A stretch of 43,408 bases of DNA from Opitutales bacterium (lineage in GTDB: Bacteria; Verrucomicrobiota; Verrucomicrobiia; Opitutales; JAKPNF01), in assembly GCA_031556275.1 (NCBI GenBank), contig JAVBTG010000021.1:1-43408 (forward strand). The letters run 5' to 3'. Each line of letters starts with the position of its first letter. Within the stretch, counting starts at the first letter, position 1. This document shows positions 15,094 to 25,367 of this stretch, piece by piece. The translations under genes were made by a program, and so were the position numbers. The notes beneath the pieces are model-generated. The model did no database searches. It had not been told where the DNA came from and saw nothing but the letters and a program-made list of their open reading frames with translations.

Positions 15094-16428
15094 ATGGAAA
15101 ATCCCGCCGCGCAAACCAAAAAAATGGGGCTGTTCATGGCCACGGGGATTGTGGTGGTGAACATGGTGGGCACTGGCATATTCCTGTTGCCCGCCAGCAT
15201 GGCGAGCATCGGCAGCATTTCGCTTTACGGCTGGATCGTCGCCACGATCGGGGCCACGGGGATCGGGCTGGTCTACGCGTTTTTGGGAGCCTCCATGCCC
15301 AAGGCGGGCGGGCCGTATGCCTATGCGCGCGACGCGTTGGGGCCGTTTTTGGGGTTTCAGACAAACTACGTTTACTGGACGGCGAACCTCGTGGGCAACG
15401 TCGCCATGGCGGCAACGATCACGGGGTATTTCGTCGGCTTGTTTCCCGCGTTTCGGGGAGCGGAGATCGCGTTCACGATCTTTGTCATCTGGGTCGCGAC
15501 CCTGTTGAATATCGCGGGGCCGCGCTGCGTGGGGTTCTCCGCGGCGTGGGCCACCGTCATCGCCATGGTGCCGCTGGGGTTCGTGGCCTTCGGCGGGTGG
15601 TACTGGTTTGACGGGGCGATGTTCGCGCAGGGATGGAACCCGCACCACGATTCCAACTGGGCCGCGATTTCCGCGAGCGTGCCCTTCGCGCTGTGGGCGT
15701 ACATGGGCGTCGAGAGCGCGGCGGTCGATTCCAACGTCATCAAAAACCCGCGGCGAAATGTGCCGCTGGCCACGGTTTTGGGGCTGATCATATCTTCCGT
15801 ACTCTACATCGCGAGCTGCACGGTGTTGATGGGCATTTTACCGTTGGACGATCTGGCCAAGTCGTCCGCCCCGTTCACCGACGCGACGCTGAAGATGGTC
15901 GGCCCCGTCGGGGCGATTATCATGGGGGTTTGCGCCGTTTTGAAGGGCGGGGCCTCCCTTGTGGGCTGGACGCTGACGATTTCCGAGACGGCCGCCGCCG
16001 CCGCGCGCGACGGGTTGTTCCCCAAAATTTACGGGAAAGCCGACCGCAGGGGGGTCCCCGTGTGGAATTTTTTGATCTCCGGTCTGCTGATGAGCGGCAT
16101 TGTCGTCGCGACGGCCTCGCCCTCGCTCACTCAGCAATTTAACGAGGTGATCGACATGGCGGTCATTCTGGTCGTGCTGCCTTATCTGTATTCGGCGGTG
16201 GCCTTTATCAACGGCGAGTTCACGCGAAAGCCTTCGCTCTGGCAAAAGACGCTGGCCGTGGCGGTCATGGCGGTGGCGACGATCTACTGCCTGTGGGTCG
16301 TCTTCGGCTCGGACGCCAAGCTCGTGCGCAGCGCCATGCTGTTGCTGTTTATCAGCGTGCCATTGTACCCGTTTTTTCAAAAGGGCATGCGGGGGAAGCG
16401 GGCGGCGAAAGCGGCTTCGGGCGGGTGA
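15094..16428 (+). CDS. basic amino acid/polyamine antiporter (APA family), AdiC-like arginine/agmatine antiporter
   Basis: 444 aa, collinear as I recall it with E. coli AdiC: GTGIFLLPASMASIGSISLYGWIV...GGPYAYARDALGPFLGFQTNYVYW...WAYMGVESAAVDSNVIKNPRRNVPLATV...LVGWTLTISETAAAAARDGLFP. Substrate specificity is not established. Confidence 0.8.
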   Translation: MENPAAQTKKMGLFMATGIVVVNMVGTGIFLLPASMASIGSISLYGWIVATIGATGIGLVYAFLGASMPKAGGPYAYARDALGPFLGFQTNYVYWTANLVGNVAMAATITGYFVGLFPAFRGAEIAFTIFVIWVATLLNIAGPRCVGFSAAWATVIAMVPLGFVAFGGWYWFDGAMFAQGWNPHHDSNWAAISASVPFALWAYMGVESAAVDSNVIKNPRRNVPLATVLGLIISSVLYIASCTVLMGILPLDDLAKSSAPFTDATLKMVGPVGAIIMGVCAVLKGGASLVGWTLTISETAAAAARDGLFPKIYGKADRRGVPVWNFLISGLLMSGIVVATASPSLTQQFNEVIDMAVILVVLPYLYSAVAFINGEFTRKPSLWQKTLAVAVMAVATIYCLWVVFGSDAKLVRSAMLLLFISVPLYPFFQKGMRGKRAAKAASGG

Positions 16429-16547
16429 GTTGCGGGGTTGCGGACAATCCGATTGACAGTGTGGGATGACGTCTCAAGGATTATCCTGTTTGCGCTTTGA
16501 CGGCTATTTTTTCAGGCCGCCGAACGCATTGAACACATCCTCCCCTC

Positions 16548-17738
16548 ATGGAAACCAAACCGTTGCGCATAGCCATCGTCCTCAACCGATTTTATCCGGA
16601 AGTCGGCGGGGCTGAGACGAATTTGTTTTTTCAAGCATGCCAGCTGGCGAAGCGGCACGCGATCACGGTCTTCACGCCCAAGCGGCTGGCGACGACGCCC
16701 GCGCGTGAAAAGATGGAGGGGTTTGAGGTCCGCCGCCTGCGCGACGTGCGCAACCTGCGCGGCCGGTACCCGAACCTGAAGACGAACACGCTGATGCCGG
16801 GGATTTTCTTTCGCATCCTGTTCGGCAAGTTTGACGCGGTGATGGCCTTCCCCTCGCTCAACCGCAGCAACCAGTTCGCGATGTTGGCGGCGAAGATCAG
16901 GCGGATCCCGTTTGTGCTGTGCTCGTTCGACCTGCTCGACTACGCGCAGATTTTGGAAAAGACGGGGAAGATCGACCCGCATTGTCTGGATAACTATTCG
17001 TCGGGGCGTTTTCGCGCGTGGCTGTTGTCGAAATGCGATCATATTTTTGCCATTTCCAATCGGGAGATCGCGTTTTTTAAGCGGTACAACAAGAGCGTTT
17101 CCTACAGCCCCGTCCCGGTGAAGCCCGAGGAATACGAGGCGCCCGTGAACATTGACGTGCGCAAAAAATACGGGATCGGAGAGGGGACGATGCTGTATTT
17201 TTGCCTGGGGCGCGTCTCGAAGATCAAGGGGCAGGATTTGGCCGCCGAGGCGTTTGTGCGGCTGGCCAAGGATGTGCCGGATAGCGTGCTGGTGATCGTC
17301 GGCCGGGCCGACTACGAGCCGGAGTTTGTCGAGGCGATGAAGCGGCACGCGCGCGAGGCGGGCGTGGAAAACCGCATGATTTTTACGGGAATGGTCGAGC
17401 GCGAGGAGGTGCTGGCGTTTTTGAAGCAGGGCGATGTGCATGTGATTCCCGTGCGGTTTATGAATTCCGGCGCGGTCGTCGTCGAGACGTGGGCCGCCAA
17501 CACCCCTGTCATCCAGAGCGATGCCGTCGACCCCAATTTTGTGAAAGAGGGCTAGAACGGGTACTGCTTCGCCTCCGAGGACGTGGGGGCGCTCGAGAAA
17601 TCCATGCGCAATGCCTATGCCAACAAGGCGCGGTTGCGCCAAATGGGGGCCAACGGGCGGGAATTCGTGCTGGCGAATATCACCTATGCCAAGCTCGTCA
17701 CCCTGTACGAGGAGCTTTTGAGGAAGCTGGGCTGTTAA
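16548..17738 (+). pseudogene. GT4-family glycosyltransferase interrupted by a single in-frame TAG (codon 336 of 397)
   Basis: The 335-aa ORF ends at TAG 17553..17555 inside the conserved C-terminal Rossmann region (..ETWAANTPVIQSDAVDPNFVKEG*). The same frame continues NGYCFASEDVGALEKSMRNAYANKARLRQMGANGREFVLANITYAKLVTLYEELLRKLGC to TAA at 17736..17738. That is the expected ..G.nG.l....d...L...i......R..m...... GT4 tail. Confidence 0.75.
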
Positions 17739-17814
17739 CCGGGCGGGGAAGGGGGCAGCGCGGTTTTTTCGCGGGCTGTTTGCGATGCGGGGCAAGCGGG
17801 CGTAGGTTGCTTGC

Positions 17815-18798
17815 ATGAACACCGACATTCAGAAGGCACCCGACTATCCCGACGATCCCGCCCTGAGCTTGGGCACCAAGGCGTTTTTGCGCGTGCTCAA
17901 TTCGGGAGGCCCCGTCGAGGAGCTGCCGCCGCAACAGGCGCGGGCAGTGCTCGCACAGGTGCAATCGGGCGTGCAGGTGGATTTATCCGGCATTGAGGAA
18001 TCCAAAAAAACGGTGGAGGCGGACGGCCATGCCGTGGAGCTCGACATCGTGCGGCCCGTGGGGGCCGAGGGCGATTTGCCCGCCTTTGTTTTCATCCACG
18101 GCGGCGGCTGGGTGCTGGGGGATTATCCGACGCACCAGCGGCTGGTGCGCGATCTGGTCGTGGCGTCGGGGTGCGCGTGCGTTTTCATCAACTACACGCC
18201 TTCGCCCGAGGCGAAATACCCGCAGGCGGTCAACGAGCTGTTCGCGGGGCTCAAATGGGTGGCCGCGCACGGCAAGGAGATCGGCGTGGACGGCCAACGC
18301 CTCGCGGTTGTCGGCAACAGTGTGGGCGGCAACATGTCGCTCGTCATGGGCCTGATGGCCAAGGAAAACAACGGCCCCGCGCTCGCGACGCTCGTGCTGC
18401 TGTGGCCCGTCACGGACTCGGCGTTTGACAGCGATTCTTACGCGCTCTACGGCGAGCAGCGCTTTTTGACGACGTCGCTCATGCAATGGATGTTTGACCA
18501 ATACACCGACGACGCGCATACGCGGCTGGAGCCGTACATAGCCCCGCTGAAGGCGCTGCGCCGACAGTTAAAGGGGTTGCCGCCCATTACTATTCATGTG
18601 GCCGAAAACGACATCCTGCGCGACCAAGGCGAGGCGATGGGCCGCCGTCTCGACGAGGCGGGCGTGGATGTGATCACCCTGCGCTACAACGGGGTGATCC
18701 ACGATTGGGGCATGCTCAACGGGTTCGCCACGCTCCCGCAGACACGCGTTTTGATTGACAACGTGGCCGCGCAACTGCGCCGCTATTTGAAACCATAG
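17815..18798 (+). CDS. alpha/beta hydrolase, hormone-sensitive-lipase (family IV) type esterase
   Basis: 327 aa with the oxyanion motif FIHGGGWVLGD, the nucleophile elbow VVGNSVGGN, and later ENDILRD and GVIHDW (Asp/His). Confidence 0.85.
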   Translation: MNTDIQKAPDYPDDPALSLGTKAFLRVLNSGGPVEELPPQQARAVLAQVQSGVQVDLSGIEESKKTVEADGHAVELDIVRPVGAEGDLPAFVFIHGGGWVLGDYPTHQRLVRDLVVASGCACVFINYTPSPEAKYPQAVNELFAGLKWVAAHGKEIGVDGQRLAVVGNSVGGNMSLVMGLMAKENNGPALATLVLLWPVTDSAFDSDSYALYGEQRFLTTSLMQWMFDQYTDDAHTRLEPYIAPLKALRRQLKGLPPITIHVAENDILRDQGEAMGRRLDEAGVDVITLRYNGVIHDWGMLNGFATLPQTRVLIDNVAAQLRRYLKP

Positions 18799-18954
18799 TT
18801 GGCATGGGGCGTCTGCTCCGTGCCAATGCTGTCTCAGATGAGACATGATGTGTGCCGTTATGGCGCACATTGGTAGTTTTTCGATGTGCAAAAATAGACC
18901 ACTAATTTCACTAAGTGACTAATAATTAATTAGAAAAGTAAAAAGCTTAAAACA

Positions 18955-18970
18955 TGGCATGCGGTTTGCT
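18955..18970 (+). promoter_or_regulatory. sigma-54-type -24/-12 promoter motif upstream of dnaK
   Basis: TGGCATGCGGTTTGCT against the consensus TGGCACG-N4-TTGC(A/T). Only one core position differs. The -12 GC is 62 nt upstream of the dnaK ATG, inside an unusually AT-rich intergenic region. Confidence 0.45.
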
Positions 18971-19030
18971 TATTAGATTGGCATAACACGCATTTAGTAC
19001 AACACACCCACTGAATATATAAAAAATCTT

Positions 19031-20968
<1,938 letters not shown>

Positions 20969-20982
20969 TCTGTTTTCAATTT

Positions 20983-21020
20983 GAACGAACGACCTCTCGA
21001 AAAGTGGCCGTTCGTTCGCA
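20983..21020 (+). promoter_or_regulatory. inverted repeat overlapping a sigma-54-like -24/-12 motif between dnaK and groES
   Basis: GAACGAACGACC (20983..20994) and GGCCGTTCGTTC (21006..21017) form a 12-bp stem with one mismatch. No T-run follows. TGGCCGTTCGTTCGCA (21005..21020) has GG and GC at canonical -24/-12 spacing, 40 nt before the groES ATG. Confidence 0.3.
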
Positions 21021-21059
21021 TTCTCAACCCATACCTGAATAAGGAAGAAACTCACACAT

Positions 21060-21362
21060 ATGGCTAACAGCAAACCGAAAATCAAACCCTTGGGGGACCG
21101 CGTTCTCGTGAAGTCCGTCGAGGAAAAAGAGCAAGTCAAAGGCGGGATCATCATCCCCGACTCCGCGAAGGAAAAGCCCATGGAGGCCCGCGTGGTCGCC
21201 CTCGGGACCGGCCGCAAGGACGAAAACGGCAAGGTGCAGCCCTTCGAAGTGAAGGTCGGCGACCTCGTCTTGGTCTCCAAGTACGGCGGTACCGAAGTCA
21301 AGATCGGCGACGAAAAGTTCTCGCTGATGCGCGAGGACGACATCCTCGGCGTCATCCAGTGA
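21060..21362 (+). CDS. groES: co-chaperonin GroES
   Basis: 100 aa with [44 protein letters not shown]...[17 protein letters not shown]. Confidence 0.97.
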   Translation: MANSKPKIKPLGDRVLVKSVEEKEQVKGGIIIPDSAKEKPMEARVVALGTGRKDENGKVQPFEVKVGDLVLVSKYGGTEVKIGDEKFSLMREDDILGVIQ

Positions 21363-21407
21363 ACCCGCATCTGACAACCGTTTCATAAAAAACAAAAAGT
21401 AACTATT

Positions 21408-23027
21408 ATGGCTAAACAGATTATTTTCGACGAAGCCGCCCGCAAGAAGATCCTCAAGGGCGTCGAAGTCCTCGCCAAGGCGGTCAAGACGACCCTCGGT
21501 CCCAAAGGCCGCAACGTCATGATCGACAAAAAATTCGGGGCCCCCATGGTCACCAAGGACGGCGTCACCGTCGCCAAGGAGGTCGAGCTCAAGGACCCCT
21601 TTGAAAACATGGGCGCGCAGATGGTGCGCGAGGTCGCCAACAAGACCAACGACAACGCCGGCGACGGCACCACGACCGCCACGGTGCTGGCCGAGGCCAT
21701 TTACCGCGAGGGCGTCAAGAACGTCGCCGCGGGCGCCAACCCGATCTACCTCAAGCGCGGCATCGACGCCGCCGTCGAGGCCGCCGTCGCCGAGTTGAAG
21801 AAGAACTCGAAGAAGGTGTCGGGCCGCGAGGAGATCCGCCAGGTCGCCACCGTTTCCGCCAACTGGGACAGCACGATCGGCGACATCATCGCCGACGCGA
21901 TGGACAAGGTGGGCAAGGACGGCACGATCACGGTCGAGGAAGCCAAGAGCATCGAGACAACCCTCGAGGTCGTGGAAGGCATGCAGTTCGACAAGGGCTA
22001 CCTGTCCCCCTACTTCGTCACCAATTCCGAAAGCATGGAGTGCGTGCTCGAAAACGCCTACGTGCTGATTTACGAGAAGAAGATCTCGGCGCTGAACGAC
22101 CTGCTGCCCGTGCTCCAGCTCGTGGCCAAGAGCGGCAAGCCCCTCGTGGTCATCGCGGAGGATCTGGAAGGGGAGGCGCTCGCCGCCCTCGTGGTCAACC
22201 GCCTGCGCGGCACGTTGCAAGTCTGCGCCGTCAAGGCTCCCGGCTTCGGCGACCGCCGCAAGGCCATGCTCGAAGACATCGCCATCCTCACGGGCGGCCG
22301 TATGTTGAGCGAAGACCTCGGCATCAAGCTTGAGAACATCCAGCTCGCCGATCTCGGCAAGGCCAAGCGCATCGTCGTCGACAAGGAGAACACGACCATC
22401 GTCGAGGGCGCGGGCAAGAGCGCCGACATCCAGGCGCGCGTGAAACAGCTGCGCGTGCAGATCGACGAGACGACCTCCGACTACGACCGCGAAAAGCTCC
22501 AGGAACGCCTGGCGAAGCTCGCGGGCGGCGTGGCCGTCGTCAATGTCGGCGCCGCGACCGAGCCGGAAATGAAGGAGAAGAAGATGCGCGTCGAGGACGC
22601 CCTGCACGCGACGCGTGCCGCCGTCGAGGAAGGCATCTCCGCGGGCGGCGGTGTGGCGCTCTTGCGTTGCGCCAAGGCCATCGACGCGATCAAGGCCGAG
22701 GGCGAGGAAGCCATCGGCGCGCAGATCGTGCGCCGCGCCATCGAGTCTCCCCTGCGCCAGCTCTGCGAAAACGCGGGCGTCGAAGGCTCGTTGATCGTCC
22801 AGCACGTCCTCGCCAAGAAGGGCGCGGAAGGTTTTAACGTCGCCACCGGCGAGTACGTCGACCTCGTGAAGGCGGGCGTCGTCGACCCGACCAAGGTGAC
22901 CCGTTCGGCCCTCCAGAACGCGGCCTCCGTCGCGAGCTTGCTGCTCTCCACCGAGTGCATGATCACCGATCTGCCGGAAGAGAAGCCTGCTACTCCGATG
23001 CCCGGCGGCATGCCCGACATGATGTAG
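21408..23027 (+). CDS. groEL: chaperonin GroEL
   Basis: 539 aa with [36 protein letters not shown]...[12 protein letters not shown]...[26 protein letters not shown] and the C-terminal GGMPDMM. Confidence 0.98.
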   Translation: MAKQIIFDEAARKKILKGVEVLAKAVKTTLGPKGRNVMIDKKFGAPMVTKDGVTVAKEVELKDPFENMGAQMVREVANKTNDNAGDGTTTATVLAEAIYREGVKNVAAGANPIYLKRGIDAAVEAAVAELKKNSKKVSGREEIRQVATVSANWDSTIGDIIADAMDKVGKDGTITVEEAKSIETTLEVVEGMQFDKGYLSPYFVTNSESMECVLENAYVLIYEKKISALNDLLPVLQLVAKSGKPLVVIAEDLEGEALAALVVNRLRGTLQVCAVKAPGFGDRRKAMLEDIAILTGGRMLSEDLGIKLENIQLADLGKAKRIVVDKENTTIVEGAGKSADIQARVKQLRVQIDETTSDYDREKLQERLAKLAGGVAVVNVGAATEPEMKEKKMRVEDALHATRAAVEEGISAGGGVALLRCAKAIDAIKAEGEEAIGAQIVRRAIESPLRQLCENAGVEGSLIVQHVLAKKGAEGFNVATGEYVDLVKAGVVDPTKVTRSALQNAASVASLLLSTECMITDLPEEKPATPMPGGMPDMM

Positions 23028-23149
23028 GCCCGACTATTTTCGCTTCTGGCGGCGTTGCGTCGTCGGACTGCGACCGGAATGTAGCGCTGCTACTATTCCG
23101 TCCGCATTCCTCCTAGCGCCTTGCCAAAAACGAAAATCCCTCGGGCCTA
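23023..23149. repeat. long imperfect palindrome (about 127 nt) immediately after the groEL stop
   Basis: Outer arms GTAGGCCCGA (23023..23032) and TCGGGCCTAC (23140..23149) are perfect. Inner paired blocks are ATTTTCG/CGAAAAT, TGGC/GCCA, GGCG/CGCC and CGGAAT..GTAG/CTAC..ATTCCG, separated by bulges. Confidence 0.6.
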
Positions 23150-23207
23150 CGGCTCGCGGGTGTTCGCAAGATATTCCGTCGCCGCCTGACGGCGGTGAGT
23201 CGTTAGC

Positions 23208-23242
23208 AAAAAGGCACTTCCAAAATTGGAAGTGCCTTTTTT
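23208..23242. terminator. bidirectional rho-independent terminator; also left copy of a 34-bp direct repeat
   Basis: aaaaa-GGCACTTCC-aaaatt-GGAAGTGCC-tttttt lies between the convergent groEL and DUF262 genes. 33 of 34 nt are repeated at 24985..25018. Confidence 0.85.
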
Positions 23243-23263
23243 GTTATAGAGTGTTTGATGGTC

Positions 23264-24883
23264 TTATGATTTTGAAAATAAATAATCAAGAATTCTGTCA
23301 CCACGAATTTTTTCATTCGCTTCCCACTCGATTGGAGTCCAGCGTTGGTTACTTAGTAAATCAATAGCGTCTTGGATCAATGACCCCTCATACTTTTGCT
23401 TTTTGCGATCAAAGAATTCGTTTCTGGCGCTAATATTCAATTTTTCTTCCAACGGAATTACGTTGCCCAAAGTATCTTTGGCGGTTTTCCAATTATCTTC
23501 TGTCCATCCGCCGTCGTAATTATTCCAATTTTTAGGTAATATATGCTCTTTATGGTGTTTTGAAGATGTTATATATTTTCTGAATTTTTTCTTATTTTGC
23601 CTTGGATTTAGGTATGCTGTCAATAGGACTAGCCCATCAAAATATCTGCCGGAAATGTCGCCAAATATTTCTCTTTCAAATGTGTGTTTGTCTTTTTCAT
23701 CCAAATTGTCTGCATAGTCTTTCAAATAGTCTTTATTTTCTTCTATGGAAACATAAACCTTAAAGGAGGTGTCTCTTACCGAGCTCACAGAATTGTGGAC
23801 AAATCCTTTGATGAAGAAATACTTTACTGTCATGTTCAGAAGAAGCTCAAAGTCCACGAGTCTTTCATTATCGAGATGGAATAACCCGTTTGAAAGCTTT
23901 CCGTGTTTAAAAAGGAACACGTATAAGGGAAATTTCCAATATTGATTTGGATACGTTTCCATTATTTCCCAAAGGCTAACAACCTCGTCATTTGGCTCCC
24001 ATTGACCAATAGCGTCTAGAATATTTAATTGATCTAAGATGCCCTTCCAGTTACTTAGTCGTCTATTTTGTTCTTCTGTGAAATAATTTCTCAACGCGAT
24101 TTCTCTTCCTGAATTTTTTTCTTTTGCTCGTCCGGCATGCATCAAGACTCTGAAATATTGCTCGTGATTGGAGAGTTTGTTCCATCTTTTGATAACATCT
24201 TCATTTTTTCCTGAGAAATTATAGAGCTTTGCTTTAAATATATCGCTATCCGTTAGCGGCAACCCTCGGTTATTGATCGTCTCGAAAATAATTAAGGCGT
24301 CATCCTCCGAATCGCAATGGATGGGGAGGATGACGACAGAGTCGAGAAGTTTTAAAATAAGATTTTCAAATTTAGCCGAATCATTTCCGGAATTCTTGCG
24401 CCATTCTGCGATTTCATTTTTGAAAAAGAGGAAGTTTTCCTTAATTTTACATTCTGGAGTACTTTCTGGTCCCTTTAGTACTAGGTCGTTCAAATTTTCT
24501 TTGTCACTGGCGATTACTTTCGATTCAATTTTCAGCTCATCTTTGAGCCGTGATGTGAGTGGATCACTAGTTTTAATGCATTTAGCAAGTACTTCATAGG
24601 TCCCTGCATGATCAAATAAAGCTTTTATAAGAAGAACAAGGGTCGTCAGGCGTTGTTGCCCGTCTATTACGACATATGATTCATGTTCTTTATATATGAC
24701 AATATTTCCTAAAAAATATTTATCTTCAGAGCTGGGATCTTTATTGAGAAAATTAAGAAAGTCATCCCATAGTTGTTTGCAGTGATCGATCTCCCATGAA
24801 TAGGGACGTTGATAATCTGGAACTATGTATCTCTCATTGAAAATATCTCTTATTTTTTTCGGATCCGCGTGAATAGCTTTCAT
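23264..24883 (-). CDS. DUF262/DUF1524 (GmrSD-family) putative type IV modification-dependent restriction endonuclease
   Basis: 539 aa. The N-terminus has YIVPDYQRPYSWEIDHCKQLWDDF and VVIDGQQRLTTL (DUF262 / ParB-like NTPase motifs). The C-terminus has HHKEHILPKNW ... GNVIPLEEKLNISARNEFFDRKKQKY (DUF1524 His-Me finger-like). G+C is about 35-40% in the lines I counted, against 63% in a groEL line. Confidence 0.85.
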   Translation of the reverse strand: MKAIHADPKKIRDIFNERYIVPDYQRPYSWEIDHCKQLWDDFLNFLNKDPSSEDKYFLGNIVIYKEHESYVVIDGQQRLTTLVLLIKALFDHAGTYEVLAKCIKTSDPLTSRLKDELKIESKVIASDKENLNDLVLKGPESTPECKIKENFLFFKNEIAEWRKNSGNDSAKFENLILKLLDSVVILPIHCDSEDDALIIFETINNRGLPLTDSDIFKAKLYNFSGKNEDVIKRWNKLSNHEQYFRVLMHAGRAKEKNSGREIALRNYFTEEQNRRLSNWKGILDQLNILDAIGQWEPNDEVVSLWEIMETYPNQYWKFPLYVFLFKHGKLSNGLFHLDNERLVDFELLLNMTVKYFFIKGFVHNSVSSVRDTSFKVYVSIEENKDYLKDYADNLDEKDKHTFEREIFGDISGRYFDGLVLLTAYLNPRQNKKKFRKYITSSKHHKEHILPKNWNNYDGGWTEDNWKTAKDTLGNVIPLEEKLNISARNEFFDRKKQKYEGSLIQDAIDLLSNQRWTPIEWEANEKIRGDRILDYLFSKS

Positions 24884-24936
24884 GGGAATTTATTGATGTT
24901 TTAAGAATTATAAGATCTCTTCATATCAACAAAAGG

Positions 24937-24965
24937 TATAAAAGATCATTTTTGGAAATTGTCAA
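24937..24965 (-). promoter_or_regulatory. sigma-70-type promoter for the DUF262 gene (TTGACA-17-TTTATA)
   Basis: The minus strand reads TTGACAatttccaaaaatgatctTTTATA. A perfect TATAAT also occurs at 24907..24912 (minus strand). The region is AT-rich, so the call is pattern only. Confidence 0.4.
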
Positions 24966-24984
24966 GACTATCGTCTCGCCACAT

Positions 24985-25018
24985 AAAAAGGCACTTCCAA
25001 AATTGGAATTGCCTTTTT
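24985..25018. repeat. right copy of the 34-bp direct repeat (degraded terminator hairpin)
   Basis: aaaaaGGCACTTCCaaaattGGAATTGCCttttt is identical to 23208..23241 except G->T at 25009, which breaks one stem pair. It lies 22 nt downstream of the stop of the crotonase remnant, as a terminator for that remnant would. Confidence 0.8.
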
Positions 25019-25040
25019 ATGTGTCTTTTTACGGAACGTC

Positions 25041-25228
25041 CTAGTGTGTGATGTGCTCGACGTCGAGGTCGAAGGCTTTGCCTTTGAAGACGGGGGTGTT
25101 TTTCGAGGAAGGAAAGTATACCTTCTTTGTAGTCAGCGTTGTCGTGGATGCTGCGCGCCAGACTTGGATGTGAACATCTCAGGGGTGAGAAACGAGTTTT
25201 TCTTTTGTTAAGCGCGGGATTGACATTT
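25041..25228 (-). pseudogene. decayed 3' remnant of a paralog of the methylmalonyl-CoA decarboxylase-like gene at 27549..28370
   Basis: By hand alignment, about 80-85% nt identity to 27549..27735. The first 49 nt have 8 mismatches. The minus strand encodes ...DYKEGILSFLEK...FKGKAFDLDVEHITH* against the intact DYKEGILSFLEKRPPSFKGKASDLDAEHITH*. Several 1-3 nt indels break the frame, and nothing upstream of about codon 60 from the end survives. Confidence 0.75.
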
Positions 25229-25367
25229 ATTTGCCGACCAAGGCGGGTATGAATAATTCAATGGGGCGGGTGGCGGAATGCTGTTTGCGTGGTAAAAAAG
25301 GGGATGAATATAAGGCGCGTTTTTGAAGGGCGCAAAAGTGTTTGCGCCCGTTTGGAGGGAGGGCATA

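Noticed and set aside
17553-17555. The in-frame TAG as evidence of stop-codon reassignment or pyrrolysine.
   Set aside because: TAG terminates tsaD (6284..6286), the esterase (18796..18798) and GH32 (39201..39203) at positions consistent with homologs, so TAG is an ordinary stop here. No pyl genes are in the window.
18799-19030. A CIRCE (TTAGCACTC-N9-GAGTGCTAA) heat-shock operator upstream of dnaK, and likewise upstream of groES.
   Set aside because: No match beyond 4-5 scattered nucleotides in either region.
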